DNA of 64,000 bases. Origin: a virus. Taxonomy: Duplodnaviria > Caudoviricetes. The position numbers were made by a program, and so were the translations under genes. The notes beneath the pieces were generated by a model, which made no database searches, was not told the origin of the DNA, and saw only the letters and a program-made list of their open reading frames with translations. Shown one piece after another: positions 9,762 to 19,147 of the stretch. Within the stretch, counting starts at the first letter, position 1; each line of letters starts with the position of its first letter. The stretch is taken from the IMG/VR virus record IMGVR_UViG_3300023174_000047, positions 96,001 through 160,000 of that record; one strand, given 5' to 3'.

Positions 9762-10190
9762 ATGGAAAAGCACCCGTGGATACCCATCATTATTGCATTA
9801 GCTATTAGCACAGTTGGAGGTATTCTAATAGCCCCTGTTTTAAATTTCTGGTCAGGGGCTGGGTTAACATTATTGTTGCAAATCATCATAGGTAGTTGCA
9901 TGAACAATTACTTGCAAAACAAAACTGCACTTGTGATGGAAGAGCAATTGACACGACGAATTGCAGATGCAGCCAAGCAGACACTAAAGCTCAAATGTCC
10001 GTGCACCAACATGTCAGAACAAATTATACCCATTCGTTTGGATCAGCCCAATTTTTATAAATGCATCAACTGCGAAAAAAACATTAGTGTCAATCTGCAA
10101 GCCTCCACTGCCCTAATGACAGACGTTATTAACATTGATGCCACACACGAGCAGATGGTTCAAGCCATGTCTGCTGCAAGAGAGGAATAA
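9762..10190 (+). CDS. Membrane protein with two predicted TM helices and a CxC/CxxC motif
   Basis: Hydrophobic stretches at about aa 6-27 and 29-47, then KCPC...KCINC. Confidence 0.6.
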   Translation: MEKHPWIPIIIALAISTVGGILIAPVLNFWSGAGLTLLLQIIIGSCMNNYLQNKTALVMEEQLTRRIADAAKQTLKLKCPCTNMSEQIIPIRLDQPNFYKCINCEKNISVNLQASTALMTDVINIDATHEQMVQAMSAAREE

Positions 10191-10192
10191 CT

Positions 10193-10594
10193 ATGAATAC
10201 AGATCGTAGATTCATCGAATCTTTACCAGACGTCCCTGCATCTGCAATACAAGCTGTTGAATTGAATGTAGCGAATTATGAAGATGCTATACGGCTTATA
10301 GATAGCATTATAAAGGAAATTGCAAAGAGTGACGATTATGCAAAAATTATGTCAATTTATACAACTGCACAAATGTATGGCAAAAATTGCACCGTTGATA
10401 GTTTGATGCATGCCCTCACTAATGCATACAAAGCGTTTGCTAAGCAAGAAAGTGTACTTGCAATTGACTTGTTGAGCAAAAACATTTTAAATTCAAATGC
10501 ATGCATTGAATCGCATAGCAAACTCAAAAAAGAAATATTTACTACAGTTATTCTTGGTTATGCTGCATCAATTCTTGCACAACAAAACAGTTGA
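10193..10594 (+). CDS. Hypothetical protein
   Basis: 133 aa ORF within the operon. Confidence 0.65.
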   Translation: MNTDRRFIESLPDVPASAIQAVELNVANYEDAIRLIDSIIKEIAKSDDYAKIMSIYTTAQMYGKNCTVDSLMHALTNAYKAFAKQESVLAIDLLSKNILNSNACIESHSKLKKEIFTTVILGYAASILAQQNS

Positions 10595-10619
10595 TTTCAA
10601 ATAAAAATACATATACAGT
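10591..10619 (+). promoter_or_regulatory. Sigma70-like promoter
   Basis: TTGATT(10591)-17 nt-TACAGT(10614), then 5 nt to ATG 10625. Confidence 0.45.
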
Positions 10620-10624
10620 GTGGT

Positions 10625-10891
10625 ATGAATACCATAAACAGTAGCACAACACCCACATCAAAAATGTCGATCGATGAAATCGTTCGATGGAACTGTCTGA
10701 TTGAAGCCATTAAAGTTGCGGATGGTCAAATGAGAAATCTCGGCATTGATCCAGAAAAATATGATTGGGTAAAGCCAGTTGCTATTGAAAAATATATTGG
10801 TGAACGTTTTCACTCCATGAAACATGACATCGTATACGAGATCAAAAACGGTGCACAAGATGATGTCATAGATAATGATTTTTTTAAATGA
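10625..10891 (+). CDS. Hypothetical protein
   Basis: 88 aa; ATGA-coupled to the downstream glycosyltransferase. Confidence 0.65.
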   Translation: MNTINSSTTPTSKMSIDEIVRWNCLIEAIKVADGQMRNLGIDPEKYDWVKPVAIEKYIGERFHSMKHDIVYEIKNGAQDDVIDNDFFK

Positions 10892-11865
10892 TACATGTAA
10901 TAAGTTCAACCAACAACACAGGAATTAGTATGTCTGCGCAGGGGTATTTGCGACCCCTGCGCATTGCTAATATTGATCACGAATTTGTATCATATGCAAC
11001 CTTCCTTAAAAATTACAGTGATTTTAAAACTAAAAAATGCTTGATTATACCTGTACCATCAGCATGGAGATTTACACCTGCTATGAATATGCCATTCATC
11101 AATACATTTGTCTGCGAATCAAATGTCATACCAATTGGTGATGCAAGCAAATTAATATGCATGCAAGAGATTTGGGCGCCTAGTCACTTTTGCCAGCAGG
11201 TGCTTAAAAATAATAATTTTGATAGCAAATGGGTACCATATAGCATGGAAATGCCTTTGAGAGAATGTACGAAGAATCAAAAAATATTTACATTTCTTTG
11301 TTCATTTGATGGCAAATTTACTATTCACCGCAAAGGCATTACACATGCAATCAATGCATTCAAGAAAGTATTTGCTGATATCAAAGATGTTGCAATGGTT
11401 ATCAAAACTTTTGATTTAACTGAAAGAAGTCAACGAATTTTAACAGAGTGCATTGATGGTGATGTGCGTATCACCATCAAAAATGGTTTTGTTGAGACTG
11501 TTGATGAAATTTATGATGATGTAGATTGTTATGTATCTCTTCATGCTGCAGAAGGATTTGGAAGACACATTGCAGAAGCAATGCTAAGAAAAATACCCAC
11601 CATCTGTACCAATTATGGCGGCAATACTGATTTTTGTAATGAAAACACTGCAATGCTAGTTGGTGGCGAATTTGTTAGCCATAAATATGATACACAATAC
11701 AATTGGAACGGTTTGTGGTTACATCCTAATTTAATTGAAGCTCAATTGCATATGAGAAAATTATATGAAAGTGGATACACAAAGGATCTTGACAGTGCAA
11801 AGCAGCAAGTTGAGATAATGTACAGTGACGACGCAGTAGCAAAAATTTTGAAAGGTATATTATGA
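10888..11865 (+). CDS. Glycosyltransferase family 4 (GT-B)
   Basis: DCYVSLHAAEGFGRHIAEAM (EX7E motif) followed by IPTICTNYGG. Confidence 0.88.
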   Translation: MIHVISSTNNTGISMSAQGYLRPLRIANIDHEFVSYATFLKNYSDFKTKKCLIIPVPSAWRFTPAMNMPFINTFVCESNVIPIGDASKLICMQEIWAPSHFCQQVLKNNNFDSKWVPYSMEMPLRECTKNQKIFTFLCSFDGKFTIHRKGITHAINAFKKVFADIKDVAMVIKTFDLTERSQRILTECIDGDVRITIKNGFVETVDEIYDDVDCYVSLHAAEGFGRHIAEAMLRKIPTICTNYGGNTDFCNENTAMLVGGEFVSHKYDTQYNWNGLWLHPNLIEAQLHMRKLYESGYTKDLDSAKQQVEIMYSDDAVAKILKGIL

Positions 11866-12881
11866 AAACAATAACAATGACAGCATGGAAGAGACCCGAT
11901 CTCACCAAACAGGTGCTTGAGTCACTAACTAAATGTTATAAAATTGAAAATTATAAACTCCTTGCATTCATCGAACCTGGCTATGATCAAGTTATAGATG
12001 TTTTTGATAAGTTTAATGCTTGTGAGAAGCAAATTGTTATAAACAATCATGTATTAGGCATTGCAGAGAATACTAAACAAGCATTGAGTACTGCATTTAA
12101 CCAAAGTGATTATAACATCCATATTGAGGATGATACTGTTTTGCTTCCAAATGCACTCAATTTTTTTGAGTGGTGTGATGATAATTTTAGAGATGATCAC
12201 CAAATAGGTACATGCAGTGCATATTCAGGAAATACATCAGAATCACTTCCCACGCATGCAATAATTCATAGATGGTTTGGATGCTGGGCGTGGAGCACAT
12301 GGAAGACAAGATGGGATTATAGTCTTAAAAATGAATGGGGCGGTGACATGCTCGGATTTGCAGCAAATGTCAATGGCTGGCAGTTTAAAAATAAAAAATT
12401 ACAAGTATATCCAATGCAGAGCCTCTGTCATAATATTGGTATAGGAAATATTCTATCGACAAATGGCAGAAACTTTAAGCCAGATAATATCAGGATAAAT
12501 AATATCATTGAAGAAAATAATGACTTTCAAGTTATTGATAGACAAATTGTAAGTGATGTTAGCTTTTCTGATAATAGTGCATCACCTAGTGAAGCAGTAA
12601 TATGTGTTGATTTTTGTAACAGAATACCTAATACTGCTACAAAGCTTTATGGTTGCAAGGATGGTATTATAGAGGAGCATCTTTTAATTACAGATGATGC
12701 AAATGCCACACAAGCAGTATTCAATTACGATGCATTTCCTAATGATATTCATAATACTATAATAATTATAGGTGCGCAGAAAGAAAAAACAGAATTTTTA
12801 GAAAAGAGCGGATACAAAAAAAGGGACAGAGTATATTTTAAATGTGGTGTAGAGCGGTGGATTAAAATGGTTGCATTATAA
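11862..12881 (+). CDS. GT-A fold glycosyltransferase with an extra C-terminal domain
   Basis: TAWKRPDLTKQVLESL, IHIEDD and WAWSTWKTRW. Confidence 0.75.
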   Translation: MKTITMTAWKRPDLTKQVLESLTKCYKIENYKLLAFIEPGYDQVIDVFDKFNACEKQIVINNHVLGIAENTKQALSTAFNQSDYNIHIEDDTVLLPNALNFFEWCDDNFRDDHQIGTCSAYSGNTSESLPTHAIIHRWFGCWAWSTWKTRWDYSLKNEWGGDMLGFAANVNGWQFKNKKLQVYPMQSLCHNIGIGNILSTNGRNFKPDNIRINNIIEENNDFQVIDRQIVSDVSFSDNSASPSEAVICVDFCNRIPNTATKLYGCKDGIIEEHLLITDDANATQAVFNYDAFPNDIHNTIIIIGAQKEKTEFLEKSGYKKRDRVYFKCGVERWIKMVAL

Positions 12882-13907
12882 ACTAATACCAATCTTATCA
12901 AAGGAATTTACAATTCCGTTCCAAACATGATCTTGATATGTGTTATCAGGTAACAATTCCCAATAAGTGCAGTATGCTGCATACGATTGTTCTGCTCGGA
13001 AAATTGATTCGTCAACATTATCTGCAGCATATTTGATAATATCACAAAGGTTTGAAAGATCTTTCTTTAAGAAATAAAAACTATCATTAAACACATCTTG
13101 AAATAACCATTCATCGGTATTGCTCGAGAGTTCATATGAGATAATGGTGTTTTTACAAGCAAGTGAGTTAAGGTGTCTATATCCCCAAGCAGTGTTACCT
13201 GGTAAGCATAAAGATGTCTGATATGTTTGAAGTTGTACCAAATAATCATTATGACTTATTTGTTTGTTTTGAATACCAACTGCAGTATTAAAATACTCAA
13301 CATTATTTCCTAGTCTTGGGCCGAGAATTTTATTATCTTCGGAATGCAACCACCCTTCAAAATACTCAGGTATAAGATTTGCTTGCTCAATTAATTTAAG
13401 TGATTCAATGCGCCAATTTTTTCCATTAAAAAAGTTATCACCAGTCAATCTACCCACAAAAAAACTTTTATTTTTTTGAATACTATTTCGCTTAAAAGGT
13501 ATATAATCAATAGTGTATCGTGGTATTAATATAACCTTATCTTCAATTAAATTTTTATTTGTATCTTTATTTGCAATTTGCTTATTTAAAGCAATTACCC
13601 CCTCAATTCGTTCAGTCAGAGATTTAGGTAATCTTGACGCATACAACGGACATCCATCGTTTAGGCACATGAGCAAAACTTTACCCTTGTATTTTTCTGC
13701 AACAACTGATATTTCATTAAATCTTTTAATGTTATCATCAACGTAATTAGCGGTGCCGTATAGATAGTCAATGATCCATATATCTGCATCAGGTGAAACA
13801 CTCGCATCATTATGATTTACAATTTCAAAATTGTATTTTTGTAAAGTATTTTTTAAATGTGTACAACGTGATTCGAGCTTATGATCTGAAGTAAAAGCAA
13901 TCTTCAT
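12876..13907 (-). CDS. Putative GT-B glycosyltransferase (exostosin/GT47- or GT90-like C-terminus)
   Basis: FFVGR...R and YLVQLQTYQTSLCLPGN..GYRHLNSL; late promoter at 13913-13918. Confidence 0.55.
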   Translation of the reverse strand: MKIAFTSDHKLESRCTHLKNTLQKYNFEIVNHNDASVSPDADIWIIDYLYGTANYVDDNIKRFNEISVVAEKYKGKVLLMCLNDGCPLYASRLPKSLTERIEGVIALNKQIANKDTNKNLIEDKVILIPRYTIDYIPFKRNSIQKNKSFFVGRLTGDNFFNGKNWRIESLKLIEQANLIPEYFEGWLHSEDNKILGPRLGNNVEYFNTAVGIQNKQISHNDYLVQLQTYQTSLCLPGNTAWGYRHLNSLACKNTIISYELSSNTDEWLFQDVFNDSFYFLKKDLSNLCDIIKYAADNVDESIFRAEQSYAAYCTYWELLPDNTYQDHVWNGIVNSFDKIGISL

Positions 13908-13947
13908 TCACATATTTATTATTTTTGCACCGAATTGCATTATAAGC

Positions 13948-14718
13948 TCATTGCTCTTTATTTCGCAAAGCTAATTCATACTCCCTAGGACGCTTTAATA
14001 AAATATCATCATGTTCTGGCATTGGACATACGCCTACTGCCCATCGTGTTTGATCTTCTTTAAGCTTCACTGTACATTGAACACGTTTGCATCTCTTGAT
14101 ATTTGCATATAATCCGTTATATTTGTAGTATTCTAAGAGAGCTTTCTCTGGATTTAAATTATTTAATTGTAAACTAATAGGTGAACAAATATATTCAACA
14201 ATACCTAGGACATCTTTGCACATATGTGATGGAAAAATATGATGCCTATCATATACACCACCATGATCTTCTCCCTCGACAATATAAAAAGCATCATTAG
14301 TCAAAACTGGATGTTTAAAAAGATAATAATGATCCGATCTAGTCAGAATTATTCTATCATATTGTAATAATATATCACTATAATTTTTTAAGAGATAATG
14401 CCTGAAAGCAAAAATAATTGCTCCTGATCCGCTGTATTTATCAATACCGCCAGATACACCTGTATTACTATTTTTATCGTAGAATTCTCTCCAATTGCCC
14501 GTGCAGTTATCATTATAATAATCAGCCCAGTTTTCATATTCAGGTAATTCCCAAACATATTTTGCTGCTTTAAAAAGGCTATTATCTCCTGATTTTGTCT
14601 CACCAAAAAGCAGCGCTAAATCTGCATTATAGGGGTACATTAAATTTTCAAACATTGTATGCCATGTTTTTTCGCCACCACGTGCATTACCTAATAAAAT
14701 TACCAATGTTTTTTCCAT
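13948..14718 (-). CDS. Putative glycosyltransferase-like protein
   Basis: VILLGNAR N-terminus and YDRIILTRSDH (YD..I..R.D pattern); late promoter at 14724-14729. Confidence 0.5.
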   Translation of the reverse strand: MEKTLVILLGNARGGEKTWHTMFENLMYPYNADLALLFGETKSGDNSLFKAAKYVWELPEYENWADYYNDNCTGNWREFYDKNSNTGVSGGIDKYSGSGAIIFAFRHYLLKNYSDILLQYDRIILTRSDHYYLFKHPVLTNDAFYIVEGEDHGGVYDRHHIFPSHMCKDVLGIVEYICSPISLQLNNLNPEKALLEYYKYNGLYANIKRCKRVQCTVKLKEDQTRWAVGVCPMPEHDDILLKRPREYELALRNKEQ

Positions 14719-14726
14719 ATGGCTAT

Positions 14727-16514
14727 TTATTCACCATAGCACTTAACTTCAAATTGCCAATTTGAACCATCAAATGGCGACTCAACTACAATCTTAATAT
14801 CAGATGGTGTTTCCCTTGCTTTAGATATGGTAAGTACACCGGTGAGTGCAGGCATAGCAGTAAGTGCAGGCATAGCAGTGATCTCTGGTGTATTAGTAGT
14901 AAGCTTTGGTGCAGCAATGGGTGAATATCCTAGTGCGGTGAGTGCAGCATTATATGTTTGATCGCCTATGAAACACGTGCCAGTTATTGAGGGACCCCAA
15001 CTTACTGTGAACCGTGCAGGTGCATTTGTATTGCTGTATGTAATGTTATACGGTCCTGTTTGTGTTCCGCCGTTGAACGTATAATTATGTACACCTTTAA
15101 CACCTGCACTACGAACTGGTGCATCACAGTACGCCTCAAAAGATGCTATGCAGCTTGGGAAATAATCATATTTTACAACTGTTGACTCAGCAATATAATC
15201 AGCATACAGATTATTGGCATCTTGATAGATGCCACCAATAATCATCCATGCCTTGTCACAATAAGCATTGATTGCAGCATCAGCACTAAATGCACCAACT
15301 GTATTATTATTAAAATCTGCTGTATCGGTTACAAAATAGATGTACTTGTTGTAGCTAGTTTTATAATCTCTTAAAATATTTGCTGCTTGAAATAGTGCAT
15401 CAATGCCATTTTCTGGCATATCACTGCCACCATCACAGTAAAACGGTCCCGCATTGCTAGATGCCTGCTGCAGAAAGTCTATTGCCTCTTGAATGGTATT
15501 ATCAAATGTAATTGTCTGTGGGCACACTTTGTCACCAAAAGAAATAATGGATACCTTTTTAACGGCACCTGTATATGCATATTCTTTAAGCACTTGTAGC
15601 CCAAGCTGTGCACTATATGTTCCTATGGAATCTGTTTGATCCAAAACCAGAACCAATACAAACGGATCCAAGCAAAGATCCTTGCATGCATATACTGCAT
15701 CTGGAACAGGTGGCTGAATAGGCACATATGGTCCAATGAGACTTGTAGTTGCAGGAGCACGCAGCCTAATTGATTCAGGTGTTTCAAATGAAAGATTTTG
15801 AACAACAGGAAATCTGTATATTGTTGGTGGCGGAGGAGCTGATATTACTGGCAAATCATCAGCTCCCTCAACATGAAAATTCTTTATACCAAATTTAGCA
15901 CCTGTAGCAATGCCACACAGAGGAGCTGCATATGATACACCTGCCTTGTAAAAAGAAGAAGTTGATGCATTGATTGAAACAGGACAGTCAAGTATCACGG
16001 TGTATGAATCATCAATGAATCGCGCGATCTCAATGGCAGATCCTGCATCATGCAGTCTAAATCTCAGTGTATTAAACACAAGCCCGGAACTTGTAAATGC
16101 AAATGCAGAGTCTAGAGATGATAGTGCAATGGATGTTAGATATGTAAAATTGGATCCTGTTCTAATGGTAATGGCAGGGCCATAATTAGATGCTATCCCT
16201 GTGGTTTTGCCATTGCCAGATAATGCAAATTGACCATGTGTATCAAACCCAATGCCCAAAACCGCACCACTTAGCCCTGAAAGAGAAGCAAAGCCGGTAT
16301 AGTCTTGACTTGGTGCATATCCCAGTGAAGAACCAATGCCTCCACCTGTGAGCATGGGTACACGTGCATCATATAAGAATGTACAAAACCCACCCTGCAC
16401 ATTGGCACCGCATAGCGCATACTGCAGAGACCATACAATGTCCTGGTAAGCATTTAGTGCTTTATTGTGCACTATACTTGCTGCAAATGCAGAGGTTGAT
16501 ATTAATGTTGGCAT
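14727..16514 (-). CDS. L-type lectin plus vWA-domain virion adhesin
   Basis: Lectin-like QGGFCTFLYD, SSLGY and LGIGFDT; Pro-rich linker; vWA-like LVLVLDQTDS and GGSDMPENGIDAL. Confidence 0.65.
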   Translation of the reverse strand: MPTLISTSAFAASIVHNKALNAYQDIVWSLQYALCGANVQGGFCTFLYDARVPMLTGGGIGSSLGYAPSQDYTGFASLSGLSGAVLGIGFDTHGQFALSGNGKTTGIASNYGPAITIRTGSNFTYLTSIALSSLDSAFAFTSSGLVFNTLRFRLHDAGSAIEIARFIDDSYTVILDCPVSINASTSSFYKAGVSYAAPLCGIATGAKFGIKNFHVEGADDLPVISAPPPPTIYRFPVVQNLSFETPESIRLRAPATTSLIGPYVPIQPPVPDAVYACKDLCLDPFVLVLVLDQTDSIGTYSAQLGLQVLKEYAYTGAVKKVSIISFGDKVCPQTITFDNTIQEAIDFLQQASSNAGPFYCDGGSDMPENGIDALFQAANILRDYKTSYNKYIYFVTDTADFNNNTVGAFSADAAINAYCDKAWMIIGGIYQDANNLYADYIAESTVVKYDYFPSCIASFEAYCDAPVRSAGVKGVHNYTFNGGTQTGPYNITYSNTNAPARFTVSWGPSITGTCFIGDQTYNAALTALGYSPIAAPKLTTNTPEITAMPALTAMPALTGVLTISKARETPSDIKIVVESPFDGSNWQFEVKCYGE

Positions 16515-16517
16515 CTA

Positions 16518-19139
16518 TTAGAGTGGTATTTCAATAGGAATGAGAATGGGGTTCATAGCTATGGGCAATCCACATTGCCCAAAATTATTTCTCCCCCATG
16601 CATAAAATACTTTTCTGACAGGATCATCCGTAATGGCATACACTGTTCTACGATATTCAGCAGGAACAGCAGGTGGTCCTGCAGTACCAGGATAATAATA
16701 CCCTATAACAATAAAATCATCAAATTTATCACGTTGAATTTTTGCTACTCTTTTCTTTGTAGTCGTACCTGCTGTAGTCGTACCATCACCAGCAATACCA
16801 TCACTGTTTACCCCACCAACAGTATACATTTCACCCGCGGTCGTCAGCATAAACAATGTATCGGTATGATATTGAATTTTTTTAATACCTGTATATGGTG
16901 CTTGTGGTCTAATAGGATTATTGCTATCAGTAGTAGTACCAGTACCAAGCTGGTATGAGCCATTTTCACCCCAACCAACCAATGAATTATCTTGAAGCAA
17001 GGCCATAACGCTAATAATATCTGAAGCATCTGCATTTAATGTGAGATAAGAAACACCAGAAAGCTGTGATGATACTACACCACCCGTTACAGGCTTAAAA
17101 GTAGTTTGATTTACAGCAATACTACCCCTGCCTAAAGCACCACTTTGGTAACTCCCTGCACTCCATACATATCCCTCATCACCAGTAATAATATATGAAT
17201 TTGAGTTAGTAGTATAGCCACCTACAAAAATATCTCTTACCGATAGTGAACCAATATTCGCAGAAACTTTATAAAAAATAGTACGAGATGTGCTATTAGT
17301 CAGACCAAGATTGCCATTCTGATTATTCCCACACGCATGTAGCTTATCATTTTCATCAATGACAAGTGCAAACTGATTTAGCCCATTATTGCTTGTTGCA
17401 ACCTTTTTAACCTGCACATTACTTAAACTAGAATAGTCACTGCCTTGTGTGTAAGCAGTTCCATTTATTTTAATTGGTGTTGTTTGATTTATAATGTTTC
17501 CTTTGCCCAATACACCACTACTATTAAGCCCCCAGCCATATAAGTTGCCTGGTTCTGTAATAGCAAACATACCCGTTTCAGGTGTACTATCTGCTCCATT
17601 AGTATATGAGCCTGCAATTTGAGTCACTTTCTCATAGTTAAAATATGATGGATTAATTTGAGTAAATGTATTATGTACTCCTGTGATGCCTGGGGTACCT
17701 GTACCGAGAAGTCCGACTGTACTCTTACCTGCCGTAAAAATATTACCCTCACTTGTAAGAATTGCAGTAAAATTACCAAGTGAATAAGCACTTATAGCGA
17801 ATTCATTTGCACTTAGTCCAATTGCAACCGGAAAAAACATCGGCACACTTGTATTACTGTTGCCATAACCAATTGCTGATCCATATGTTGCTACATCAGA
17901 GTTGCCTGCAGCACGTAGATTGCCCGCCGCATCAAGTAAAAATCCATGTACATAGCAAACCATGGTAGTACCTGTATTGAATGTAGGTATAATTATACGC
18001 CCTGCATATTTCGGATCTCGGAGAAGCAAAGCACTTAGAGTAGAAATTTGCGTTTGAACTTGTGTGCTGCTAATGTAATCTTTTACACCCAATTGATATG
18101 AGATGCCAGAGTTGGGAAATACAAGTGTTGTTGTGGAAGATGCATTTGTTGCATCATATGCTGTAAGAGATACATTATCTATGGCAACATTTGATATGCC
18201 AAAAATCTGGTCTTCAAGATATTTGATGATGTAAACGAAGTTGCCTGCAGTAAGCAAAGGAACTTTAAAGTTGGGAGCTACTCCACCATAGTATTGGCCA
18301 ATGGCAGCACACAAAGCAGCATAAGTTGTACCATTTTTTGTAGATCCATCACACAAGAAATATCCATGTGGAACTGTTGAGCTAATTGCATTAAAATTGC
18401 CACCAGAGCCAAAAGGAACGATGCTACCAACTGGTACTTGATTGCTACTCAACACTATGTATTGCGTCTGATATGTACTGGGCGATGCAAGCGTCAAATT
18501 GCCTAATCCATCAGTCGTTAAGACAGAACCAAAAGCACCATCATAAGACGGTAGGTTAAAAACAGATGAACCACCTTGTGTGCCAAATTGAATTGATTTT
18601 GGAAGCTGCAAATATGCATTGTTGCGAGCAGCAATGGAATCTAATTGCTGATCAGCAGCAGTCTGCAATGCTCTTGTGCCATTAAATTCAAGACCCTGCC
18701 CTGCAAGTTCAGGATCAAGTTGCAAAGCACTCACAGTTTTGACTGACATTGTGCCTGTAGATGCATTGAGCTGCAATGTTTCATTATCCACTCGATTTGC
18801 AAGCGGGCCTGAATATAATGTCCAATTGCTCTGAACATTGGGTGGTGCAGCTGTAAGACGATATATGCCACCTGCTATCGCATCATATGCAACATCTCCT
18901 ACAACTGCCTCTGATGCCCATGTATACGGATGATATGTACCAAAGTATAACATCAAAGATGTCGGATTAGCGCCAGTTGTGACACCATCTCCAACAAACA
19001 ATCTACGTGTATCAACAGTATACCCTAGCTCACCTTCTGAGAGTGTAATGTTTTGACGCTCAACATTTGACCCACGACGGATCAACAATTTTAAAAGAGT
19101 ATTTTCTGTAATTTCAATTTTACCAGCACTATTGCTCAT
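16518..19139 (-). CDS. Tail fibre: Mtd-N-like head, tail-collar domain and RCC1-like repeats
   Basis: IRRG...LSEGELGYTVDTRRLFVGDG; VPVGSIVPF...GYFLCDGS; repeated WG.N..GQLG.G motifs. Confidence 0.8.
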   Translation of the reverse strand: MSNSAGKIEITENTLLKLLIRRGSNVERQNITLSEGELGYTVDTRRLFVGDGVTTGANPTSLMLYFGTYHPYTWASEAVVGDVAYDAIAGGIYRLTAAPPNVQSNWTLYSGPLANRVDNETLQLNASTGTMSVKTVSALQLDPELAGQGLEFNGTRALQTAADQQLDSIAARNNAYLQLPKSIQFGTQGGSSVFNLPSYDGAFGSVLTTDGLGNLTLASPSTYQTQYIVLSSNQVPVGSIVPFGSGGNFNAISSTVPHGYFLCDGSTKNGTTYAALCAAIGQYYGGVAPNFKVPLLTAGNFVYIIKYLEDQIFGISNVAIDNVSLTAYDATNASSTTTLVFPNSGISYQLGVKDYISSTQVQTQISTLSALLLRDPKYAGRIIIPTFNTGTTMVCYVHGFLLDAAGNLRAAGNSDVATYGSAIGYGNSNTSVPMFFPVAIGLSANEFAISAYSLGNFTAILTSEGNIFTAGKSTVGLLGTGTPGITGVHNTFTQINPSYFNYEKVTQIAGSYTNGADSTPETGMFAITEPGNLYGWGLNSSGVLGKGNIINQTTPIKINGTAYTQGSDYSSLSNVQVKKVATSNNGLNQFALVIDENDKLHACGNNQNGNLGLTNSTSRTIFYKVSANIGSLSVRDIFVGGYTTNSNSYIITGDEGYVWSAGSYQSGALGRGSIAVNQTTFKPVTGGVVSSQLSGVSYLTLNADASDIISVMALLQDNSLVGWGENGSYQLGTGTTTDSNNPIRPQAPYTGIKKIQYHTDTLFMLTTAGEMYTVGGVNSDGIAGDGTTTAGTTTKKRVAKIQRDKFDDFIVIGYYYPGTAGPPAVPAEYRRTVYAITDDPVRKVFYAWGRNNFGQCGLPIAMNPILIPIEIPL

Positions 19140-19147
19140 GCTTATAT

